DNA of 64,000 nt from assembly GCA_947624065.1 (NCBI GenBank), contig CANQIO010000001.1:7659-71658 (forward strand), given 5' to 3'. Source of the stretch: an uncultured Oscillospiraceae bacterium (GTDB lineage: Bacteria > Bacillota > Clostridia > Oscillospirales > Oscillospiraceae). Shown here one piece after another: positions 23,962-31,394 of this stretch; positions within the stretch are counted from its first letter, which is position 1, and each line of letters begins with the position of its first letter. A program made the position numbers and the translations under genes. The notes below the pieces were generated by a model that searched no databases, was not told where the DNA came from, and saw nothing but the letters and a program-made list of their open reading frames with translations.

Positions 23962-26220
23962 TCATTCACCCGACTCATCCACCGTGAGCCGGCAGTCCGT
24001 GCCCACCTGCTCCAGGTGCAGACCCGGCGCCTTTCCATGGACGGCCACGGTGATCTCGTCCCCGGCCCTGGACGCAGACAGGTGCAGCACCGGCTCACCG
24101 TTCCCATCGCAGACCACCCGCTCCACCTGAGCGCCGTCGGCCAGGGCATAGAGCCGCACGGTCAGGTCCTGCGTGTAGTCATAGTCTGGCCGGTCGTCCC
24201 GCGCGCCAAGGGGCAGGATTGTGTTCTCCCGCACGAAAAGGGGCAGGGAGAAAAAGTCAAAGCTCTCCCGCCGCCAGCCTGTCCCCTCCGCCCGCTCGCC
24301 GGAGAGAAGATGGGTCCAGGTCCCATGGGGCAGGTAATAGTCCACGCTGCCGTTTTCCCGCATCACCGGCGCCACCAGCAGCGCGTCGCCCAGCATATAC
24401 TGCCGGTCCAGTTCCTCGCAACCGGGGTCGTCGAATTCCAGCAGCATGGCGCGCATCACCGGCACCCCGGTGCGGCTGTTCTCCGCCGCCAGGCCGTAAA
24501 GATAGGGCATCAGGCGGTTTTTCAGCTTGGTGAACCGGCGGCACACGTCTACCGCCTCCTCCCCGAACAGCCAGGGCACCCGGTAGGAGCCGGAGCCATG
24601 GAGCCGGGAGTGGCTGCTCAAAAGGCCGAAGGCCAGCCAGCGCTTATACACGTCCGCCGGCGCGGTGCCCTCAAAGCCGCCGATGTCGTGGCTCCAGTAA
24701 CCGAACCCGCTCAGGCACAGGCTCAGGCCCGCCCGCAGGGACTCGGCCATGGACACATAGGTGCTGTTGCAGTCCCCGCCCCAGTGGACCGGGAACCGCT
24801 GGCCGCCCACGGTGGCGCTGCGGGCAAAGACCACGGCCTCTCCCTCGCCCTTCACCTCCCGGATGACGTCGAACACCGCCTTATTGTACAGGAAGGTGTA
24901 GTAATTGTGCATCCGCTGAGGGTCGCTGCCGTCGTAGTAGACCGCGTCGGTGGGGATGCGCTCGCCGAAGTCCGTCTTGAAGCAGTCCACCCCCTGGGCC
25001 ATGAGCCGGCGCAGCTTATCCTGATACCATTTTACGGCGTCGGGATTGGTAAAGTCAACCACCGCCAGGCCCGCCTGCCACAGATCCCACTGCCAGATGT
25101 CCCCGTCGGGCCGGTGGAGCAGATATCCCTTCTCCGCCGCCTCGTCGAAGGCGGCGCTGTGCTGGGCGAGATAGGGGTTGATCCACACGCAGACCTTCAG
25201 GCCCTTTTCATGCAGCCGGGCCAGCATCCCCTCCACGTCGGGGAACAGGTCCCGGTCCCATTCAAAGCCGCACCACTCGTTCTCCCGCATCCAGAAGCAG
25301 TCGAAGTGGAACACCCGCAGGGGGATATCCCGCTCCTTCATGCCGTCCACGAAGCTCATGACGGTCTGCTCGTCATAGCTGGTGGTGAAGGAGGACGACA
25401 GCCACAGCCCAAAGGTCCAGGCCGGCGGCAGCGCCGGACGGCCCGCCAGCGCGGTATACCGCTCCAGCACGCCCTTGCGGTCCGGCGCGCCGATGAGGAT
25501 GAAGTCCAAGGCATGGCCGGGGACGCTGAACTGCACCTTCGTCACCGCCTCGGAGCATACCTCGAAGGACACCGGGCCGGTGTCGTCCACCAGCACGCCG
25601 TAGCTGTTGGAGCTGAGATAGAACGGGATGTTCTTATAGGAGATCTCGCTGGAGGTGCCGCCGTCCTCGTTCCAGATGTCCACGGTCTGACCGTTGCGCA
25701 CAAAGGGCGTGAAACGCTCGCCCATGCCGTAGATCTTCTCCCCCACGTCCACCTGGAGCTGGCAGCTCATGAAAGGCCCCTCCGGCGCGTCCACGAAGCT
25801 CAGCATGGCGGAGCCGAACCGTTCGCCCACGTTGGTGAGCTTTCGCTCGCCGTAATAATAGGTGAGCGTGCAGGGCGGCTTTTTGTGGATGAGAAGCCGC
25901 AGCTGCCCGGAGGCGATCTGGAGGGTCTCGGCGTCCTCGCGCACCTCCAGCGGGCACCGCCGGTCCTCCAGGTCGAACCGGGGCATCTTGCGCCGGACGC
26001 CCTTAAAGTGCACCGAGCGCAGCCGGAGCATGTCCGGCTGGGGCGACGAGACGCTGATCTCCTGGGCCGGGCCGTCCAGGCTCCGGTCGTCCTGCCGGTA
26101 GGGCACCGCGAACAGCCGCACCTCCCGCCCGTCCTCGGACAGGCGGACCTGGCGGATCTGCTCGCAGTTATATGTCTTGACGCCCGGGCGCATGAGCCAC
26201 TCGCCGTAGTGGAATTTCAT
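23962..26220 (-). CDS. Glycoside hydrolase family 31 alpha-xylosidase (YicI-like)
   Basis: MKFHYGEWLMRPG N-terminus plus FHFDCFWMRENEWCGFEWD, KVCVWINPY, VDCFKTDFGERIP and YWSHDIGGF. These match my memory of E. coli YicI closely. Confidence 0.92.
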   Translation of the reverse strand: MKFHYGEWLMRPGVKTYNCEQIRQVRLSEDGREVRLFAVPYRQDDRSLDGPAQEISVSSPQPDMLRLRSVHFKGVRRKMPRFDLEDRRCPLEVREDAETLQIASGQLRLLIHKKPPCTLTYYYGERKLTNVGERFGSAMLSFVDAPEGPFMSCQLQVDVGEKIYGMGERFTPFVRNGQTVDIWNEDGGTSSEISYKNIPFYLSSNSYGVLVDDTGPVSFEVCSEAVTKVQFSVPGHALDFILIGAPDRKGVLERYTALAGRPALPPAWTFGLWLSSSFTTSYDEQTVMSFVDGMKERDIPLRVFHFDCFWMRENEWCGFEWDRDLFPDVEGMLARLHEKGLKVCVWINPYLAQHSAAFDEAAEKGYLLHRPDGDIWQWDLWQAGLAVVDFTNPDAVKWYQDKLRRLMAQGVDCFKTDFGERIPTDAVYYDGSDPQRMHNYYTFLYNKAVFDVIREVKGEGEAVVFARSATVGGQRFPVHWGGDCNSTYVSMAESLRAGLSLCLSGFGYWSHDIGGFEGTAPADVYKRWLAFGLLSSHSRLHGSGSYRVPWLFGEEAVDVCRRFTKLKNRLMPYLYGLAAENSRTGVPVMRAMLLEFDDPGCEELDRQYMLGDALLVAPVMRENGSVDYYLPHGTWTHLLSGERAEGTGWRRESFDFFSLPLFVRENTILPLGARDDRPDYDYTQDLTVRLYALADGAQVERVVCDGNGEPVLHLSASRAGDEITVAVHGKAPGLHLEQVGTDCRLTVDESGE

Positions 26221-26281
26221 GGGTCTCTCCTTTCGGATATCATACCGTATATTTGTCAGGCGGGTATGCCCGCCGCTGTTT

Positions 26282-26944
26282 TCAATGGATGGAATAGCCC
26301 TCCCGGTCGATGGAGAAGCCGTCGTCAGCGGCGCCGTCCTTCTCGATCTTGCGGAAGATGGGCATGATGACCTGGCTGGTGGTATAGATCATCAGGATCG
26401 GCAGACAGAAGATGCCTATATACAAAAGCACCGTGTTGATCTGGGTGAACAGCAGCACCTGGATCACCAGAATGCCGATCAGGCCCAGGGTGCGGACGAA
26501 AAAGCGCACGAAGATGCGCCGGGAATTGGTCAGGCTGCGCCACATGGTATTGGCGTACCGGGCCTCCAGGGGAAACACGTAAAGATAGTGCATCAGCAGG
26601 AAGAAGCCGGCCAGGAGGCCCACGATGAGAAACCCCACCGTGTTCCCTTCCAGGTTCTCAAACAGCTGCCAGTCCAGCCATATGCCGTAGACCACCACGG
26701 CGAAGATCAGCGTTAGAGGGATGCCGTGTTTGAGGTTTTTCCCGTACGCCGTCCAGAAGGCGGCGAACACCCCGGACGACTCCCGGTGCTCGGCCATCTT
26801 CAGCGTGACGGTAAAGGCCGCGATGGTGGACGCGCCGGCGGTGACCAGGGGGATGCACCCCACGGCCCACAGCAGATTCAGGATCAGCAGGTCCACGATG
26901 CGGATACCTGTCTGGATGATGGGGGAATCCACTTTCAGATTCAT
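26282..26944 (-). CDS. YesL-family (DUF624) integral membrane protein
   Basis: 220 aa with about 6 TM segments. The N-terminus IVDLLILNLLWAVGCIPLVTAGAS is typical of YesL proteins that accompany LplABC-type sugar importers. Confidence 0.8.
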   Translation of the reverse strand: MNLKVDSPIIQTGIRIVDLLILNLLWAVGCIPLVTAGASTIAAFTVTLKMAEHRESSGVFAAFWTAYGKNLKHGIPLTLIFAVVVYGIWLDWQLFENLEGNTVGFLIVGLLAGFFLLMHYLYVFPLEARYANTMWRSLTNSRRIFVRFFVRTLGLIGILVIQVLLFTQINTVLLYIGIFCLPILMIYTTSQVIMPIFRKIEKDGAADDGFSIDREGYSIH

Positions 26945-26984
26945 AGGCGCTCCTTTCGCCGCGCGGCCTCCGGAATAAAATGAC

Positions 26985-27024
26985 GGGAAGCGGAGCCGGG
27001 CATAAACGGGTGGCTCCGCTCCCC
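26985..27024 (-). terminator. Intra-operon hairpin after the SBP gene (partial terminator / mRNA stabiliser candidate)
   Basis: The minus strand reads GGGGAGCGGAGCC-N14-GGCTCCGCTTCCC, followed by GTCATTTTATTCC. Confidence 0.5.
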
Positions 27025-27062
27025 GCGGGAATTTGCTTTATGCTTTCAAAGGGTCTTCGCTC

Positions 27063-28793
27063 TTACTTGGCAGGGCTCAGGCCAGCGTCGACCTGCAGCT
27101 GATACTTCAGCGCGGCCTCGTTCTCGCCCCAGGCCAGGCAGTCGGCATAGCCGTACTCCTCGCAGTCGGAGATCATCTGGGCCACGATCTGGTCGAACTC
27201 CTCGTCGCTGTTGGCATAGATGGCATTCCAGGAACCCTGCTTCACAGCGGTGGTCACCTGAGACCAAGTCAGCTCCAGTTCAGAGGAACGGGTGCTGGCG
27301 GAGTAGTTCACGCCGGGGATAACGCTGTAGCTCTGGTTCTCCAGATACTCCTGGTTGGTGTTCACGCCGTTGTGCTCGCGCCAATCCTTCTCGGCATCGT
27401 TCTTGGGGTCGGTGATCATGCTCTCCCAAGAGGAGTAGTGGAAGGTCTCGCCCTCGATGGAGTCGGGGTTCTCAGCGGACTGGGACCAGGTGGTGTTGTT
27501 GATCTGGATCATGCCATCGTTGAAGGTGCCGTCCAGGGTGTAGGTCTTGCCGGTGTAGGGGCTGGTCCACTCCACGCCGGTCAGGTCGGTGGTGGGGTCG
27601 TTGTGGCACTTCAGGCCCAGCTCGGTGAAGTAGGTGTGGCCCTCTTCATCGTAATCCCACATCAGGCCCTTCAGGCCGTACCAGCCGGTCATGGCTCCCT
27701 CGGGGGTGGCCATCCAGTTGATGAACTCCATGCACTTCTCGGGATAGTCGGTGTAGTTGCCGATGGACCAGACACGGATGCCGCCGGCCAGGCTCAGGCC
27801 GTAGGCGATGTTGGTGGTATCGGTGGGCTGCAGGCTGGTCATGTACTTGCCGGCGGCCAGATGGGAGTCGGTGTTGAACAGGGTGGAGCCGGCGTAGTCG
27901 AAGATGGAGAACATGACGCCGCCGCTGGTGACCTTCGCCTGCATCTGGCTGTAGTTCTGGGTCATGGAGTCGGGATCCAGCAGGCCCCGCTGATAGAGCT
28001 TGTTATAGAACTTCAGCGCCTGCAGATAGGGGCCGTTCTCCTCCAGCACGCCGTGATACTCGCCGTTCACAGCGTCGTACAGGCCCAGGCCCATCTCGTC
28101 GTAGCCGGTGATGTTCTGGGCGGTGGACTTCACATACATGACCATGTCGCCGTCCCAGTCAGGCCAGGGGCTGGCGGCATAGGTGGGGTTGCCGTTGTCG
28201 TCGGTGGGCTCCAGCTCCTTCATCTGCGCCAGCACGTCCACCAGGTCGTCCAGGGTCTTGACCTCGGGATAGCCCAGCTCTTTATACAGATCCCACCGGA
28301 TATCCCAGGTGTAGAAGAAGTTCTCGTGGTTGTCGGCGGACAGGGCCAGGTTGTGGCCGAAGCCGTGGAGCAGGCCGTCGCTGTTGATCTCCCGGTTGGC
28401 GTCCAGCGCATCGCCGAAGGTCTCCGCGATGTAGGGGCCGTACTCATTGAGAAGGTCGTCCTCCTCCCAGTCGTACAGCAGGCCCTGCTTCACCGCTTCC
28501 TGGTAGTTGGTGTCGTTGGAACCCCAGACAACGATGTCGCCCAGGTCGCCGCTCTCCATACGGGTCTGGTAGGTGCCGTCGGACTCAGGCACGATCACCA
28601 GCTCGATGCCCAGCATGTCCTTGAGCAGCACAGAGCTCCAGCCGCCCTGGGTGCCGGAGAAGTTGGCCAGCTGGCTGTAGACCGTCAGGGTGGTCACCTC
28701 GTCGTCGGCGAGGGCGCTGCCGCCTATGCCGGCCAGCAGGCTGACCGTCAGGACCAGGGAGAGCAGCATGGCGATAAGTTTCTTGGTGCGCAT
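27063..28793 (-). CDS. Extracellular solute-binding protein of a carbohydrate ABC importer (large LplA/YtcQ-like type)
   Basis: 576 aa. Signal peptide MRTKKLIAMLLSLVLTVSLLAGIGGSALADDE. Position and size are typical of the SBP in LplABC-type loci. Confidence 0.9.
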   Translation of the reverse strand: MRTKKLIAMLLSLVLTVSLLAGIGGSALADDEVTTLTVYSQLANFSGTQGGWSSVLLKDMLGIELVIVPESDGTYQTRMESGDLGDIVVWGSNDTNYQEAVKQGLLYDWEEDDLLNEYGPYIAETFGDALDANREINSDGLLHGFGHNLALSADNHENFFYTWDIRWDLYKELGYPEVKTLDDLVDVLAQMKELEPTDDNGNPTYAASPWPDWDGDMVMYVKSTAQNITGYDEMGLGLYDAVNGEYHGVLEENGPYLQALKFYNKLYQRGLLDPDSMTQNYSQMQAKVTSGGVMFSIFDYAGSTLFNTDSHLAAGKYMTSLQPTDTTNIAYGLSLAGGIRVWSIGNYTDYPEKCMEFINWMATPEGAMTGWYGLKGLMWDYDEEGHTYFTELGLKCHNDPTTDLTGVEWTSPYTGKTYTLDGTFNDGMIQINNTTWSQSAENPDSIEGETFHYSSWESMITDPKNDAEKDWREHNGVNTNQEYLENQSYSVIPGVNYSASTRSSELELTWSQVTTAVKQGSWNAIYANSDEEFDQIVAQMISDCEEYGYADCLAWGENEAALKYQLQVDAGLSPAK

Positions 28794-28839
28794 TTTTTCG
28801 TATTCCTTCCTTTCATAAAATGATTTTTTGTTTATTTGA

Positions 28840-29778
28840 TCAGCCCTTCACAGCGCCGAGCATGATGCCCTCTTCAAAGTAGCGCTGCATGAAGGGATAG
28901 ACCAGCATGATGGGGATGATCGTCACCATGGAGATGGTGTACTGGATCACCTTGGTGTTCAGCATGGCCGCCGTGACCTGACCGCCGGACTGCATCACGT
29001 TCGCCAGGTTGGAGGAGCTGTTCAGATACACATACAGCCGGTGCTGCAGGGTATAGAGGTTCGGGGAGTTGGCCATCAGGATCAGCGAGTCCTGGAAGGA
29101 GTTCCAGTTGCCCACCGCGCCGAACACGGCGATGGTGGCCAGGATCGGCTTGGACAGCGGCAGGATGATCTTGCTGAACACCTGCAGGTTGGTCGCGCCG
29201 TCGATGGTCGCGCTCTCCTCCAGTTCCGGCGGGATGGATTCGATGTACGTCTTGACCAGGATGATGTTGTATGGCGCCACGATGCCCGGGATGATGTAGC
29301 CCCAGTAGTTGTCCGTCAGGCCCAGGCCCAGCATGTTCAAATACCAGGGCACCAGACCGGCGTTGAAGTACATGGTGATGACCAGCAGCCTGTACCACAT
29401 GCTCCGGTGCCACATCTTCCGCTTGGTGGTCAGGTACCCCGCAAAGCCGGAGGCGATCACCATCAGCGCCGTGCCCAGGATGGTGCGGGAGACGGTGATC
29501 ATGATGGAGTTGCCAAAGTCCGACACGTTTTGCAGCGCCAGGTAGTTTTTGATGTGGATGCCCTTGGGCAGCAGCGTGATGACGCCCCGGTTCACCAGGT
29601 CGTTGTCGGAGATGGTGTTGATGAACAGGTAGTAGAACGGGAAGATGCACAGGAACGTGAAGACCACGAAGAACGTGATGTTCAGCGTCATGAACACCTT
29701 GTCGCCCACGGAGGACTTATACCGGGGGCCGGTGGATGTGTGGCGTACCTTCGTCATCTTTTTCGCTTTGTCGCTCAT
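28840..29778 (-). CDS. Carbohydrate ABC transporter permease (LplC/MalG-like)
   Basis: Six-TM permease with the EAA-loop-like ESATIDGATNLQVFSKIILPLSKP. The start at ATG 29778 follows AAGGAGG. Confidence 0.9.
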   Translation of the reverse strand: MSDKAKKMTKVRHTSTGPRYKSSVGDKVFMTLNITFFVVFTFLCIFPFYYLFINTISDNDLVNRGVITLLPKGIHIKNYLALQNVSDFGNSIMITVSRTILGTALMVIASGFAGYLTTKRKMWHRSMWYRLLVITMYFNAGLVPWYLNMLGLGLTDNYWGYIIPGIVAPYNIILVKTYIESIPPELEESATIDGATNLQVFSKIILPLSKPILATIAVFGAVGNWNSFQDSLILMANSPNLYTLQHRLYVYLNSSSNLANVMQSGGQVTAAMLNTKVIQYTISMVTIIPIMLVYPFMQRYFEEGIMLGAVKG

Positions 29779-29791
29779 GTCCGGCACCTCC

Positions 29792-31234
29792 TTAAATGAT
29801 GCTCTCGCCGCGCAGGGCCTTGGAGGCCTGGTTGGCGCCGAAGAGCAGGACCACGCTGATGATGGACTTGGCCATTCCGACCACGGTGGACATGGGGATC
29901 TGGCCGCTGCCGATGCCCAGGTTGTACACATACAGGTCCAGCACCTCGATGGAATTCTGGTTGATGGCGTTGGAGAACACCAGGTACTGGTCCAGGCCGT
30001 TGGACAGGATGCCCGCGATGCTCATCAGCAGCAGCACGAAGAAGGTGGGCATCAGCTGGGGAATGGTCACGTTCCAGATCTTGCGGAACCGGCCCGCGCC
30101 GTCCATAGTGGCGGCCTCATACAGCGCCGGGTCGATGCCGGAGATGGAGGAGATATAGATGATCGCGCTCCAGCCCAGGCCCTTCCACAGGCCCCACAGC
30201 AGCATCTTGATCCACATGTGGCTGTTGCTCATCAGGTAGTTGGTGTGGGCGTCGATGTGCAGGACGTTGTTGAGGAAGCTGTTGATGAAGCCGTCGGTGG
30301 AGAAGATCGCCAGGGCGACGGCGTACACGATGACCCAGCCCAGGAAGTTGGGCACCGTGGTGAAGGTCTGCACGATGCGGCGGAACCGCCGGCTGTTTAC
30401 CTGGGTGAGCAGGACGGCGAAGAGCATGGGCAGCCAGCTGGTGATGATGCCCAGGCTGCTCATGGCCAGGGTGTTGCGCAGCACCCGGAGCAAGTCGCGC
30501 CGGGTGGCGGCGTTTTTGAACAGATACGTGAACCACTTGAAGCCCACGAAGTTCTCCGCGCTCAGCGTGCCGCCGGCGGTGTAGTCAAAGAAGGCGTACC
30601 GCCAGCCCCACAGAGGCAGGTAGGAGAACACGAACGCCAGCGCCAAAAACGGCAGGAACAGCAAAAACAGGTGGTACTCCTCCTGCATCCCCAGCTTCTC
30701 CTCCAGCGGCTCGGTCTGCTTGCGCCCCATCAGCGCCAAGGTGGTCAGCAGGATGACCGCCGTCAGCACGATGAAGAGGTAAAAGCCCAAGGAGATGTTG
30801 GGCGGGACTCGATTGTTGTCGGCCGCCACGATCTGGGTGTAGGCGACGTGGATGCCCACCAGGCCCCCCGCCATCAGCACGGAACCGGCCAGCGGATAGC
30901 GCAGGCCCTTGCGGCGCATCAGGTTGTTGCCCACGGACATACAGCCTCCCACCGCCGCCAGGATGATGCCTACCACCATCATGATGCTGGCCCCCATGAG
31001 CAGGTAGAACGTGCTGGCCTGGACGATGCCCTTGGACAGCACCCGGCCCAGGTTGCCTACCAGCGCTTGGTAGGACACGCAGGACGTCAGCAGCGAGGTG
31101 TACCGGCTGATCTGCGTCGTGATGCGGCCCGGGTTGAAGCCCGGATAAAACACAGCGGCGCAGGCCAGCAGGATCGCGACCCGGTGCAGTATGTACAGCG
31201 CGTCCGCTCTGGTCTTTTTCTTCTCTAGTGGCAT
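29792..31234 (-). CDS. Carbohydrate ABC transporter permease (LplB/MalF-like) fused to an N-terminal extension of about 180 aa with 4 TM segments
   Basis: C-terminal 300 aa: EAA loop EAATMDGAGRFRKIWNVTIPQL. N-terminal 180 aa: four hydrophobic helices with no homology I recognise. The start at ATG 31234 lies 6 nt after GGAGGG. Confidence 0.85.
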   Translation of the reverse strand: MPLEKKKTRADALYILHRVAILLACAAVFYPGFNPGRITTQISRYTSLLTSCVSYQALVGNLGRVLSKGIVQASTFYLLMGASIMMVVGIILAAVGGCMSVGNNLMRRKGLRYPLAGSVLMAGGLVGIHVAYTQIVAADNNRVPPNISLGFYLFIVLTAVILLTTLALMGRKQTEPLEEKLGMQEEYHLFLLFLPFLALAFVFSYLPLWGWRYAFFDYTAGGTLSAENFVGFKWFTYLFKNAATRRDLLRVLRNTLAMSSLGIITSWLPMLFAVLLTQVNSRRFRRIVQTFTTVPNFLGWVIVYAVALAIFSTDGFINSFLNNVLHIDAHTNYLMSNSHMWIKMLLWGLWKGLGWSAIIYISSISGIDPALYEAATMDGAGRFRKIWNVTIPQLMPTFFVLLLMSIAGILSNGLDQYLVFSNAINQNSIEVLDLYVYNLGIGSGQIPMSTVVGMAKSIISVVLLFGANQASKALRGESII

Positions 31235-31278
31235 GAGCATCCCTCCAAAGCAAGATTGGCGGTGCGATGGGAACGTCG

Positions 31279-31361
31279 GGCCGGCCGCCGTCCGGCCTGT
31301 CACAGTCCCAGGACTTCATTCTGTACGGCAAAGCCGTACAGACAATGCCCCGGGGCATTGT
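31279..31361. promoter_or_regulatory. Cluster of three stem-loops in the 160-nt spacer between the GH94-like gene and the permease gene
   Basis: GGCCGG-N7-CCGGCC (31279-31297), CTGTACGGC-aaa-GCCGTACAG (31321-31341), and the self-complementary 20-mer ACAATGCCCCGGGGCATTGT (31342-31361). The 20-mer is followed by GCGTTTTTT on the plus strand. Confidence 0.45.
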
Positions 31362-31394
31362 GCGTTTTTTCGGAGAGGCGCCTCCCCACCGATC

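Noticed and set aside
22483-26367. A 1294-aa plus-strand ORF
   Set aside because: It is antisense to the GH42 and YicI-like GH31 genes. It has the same junk composition and no RBS or recognisable domain.
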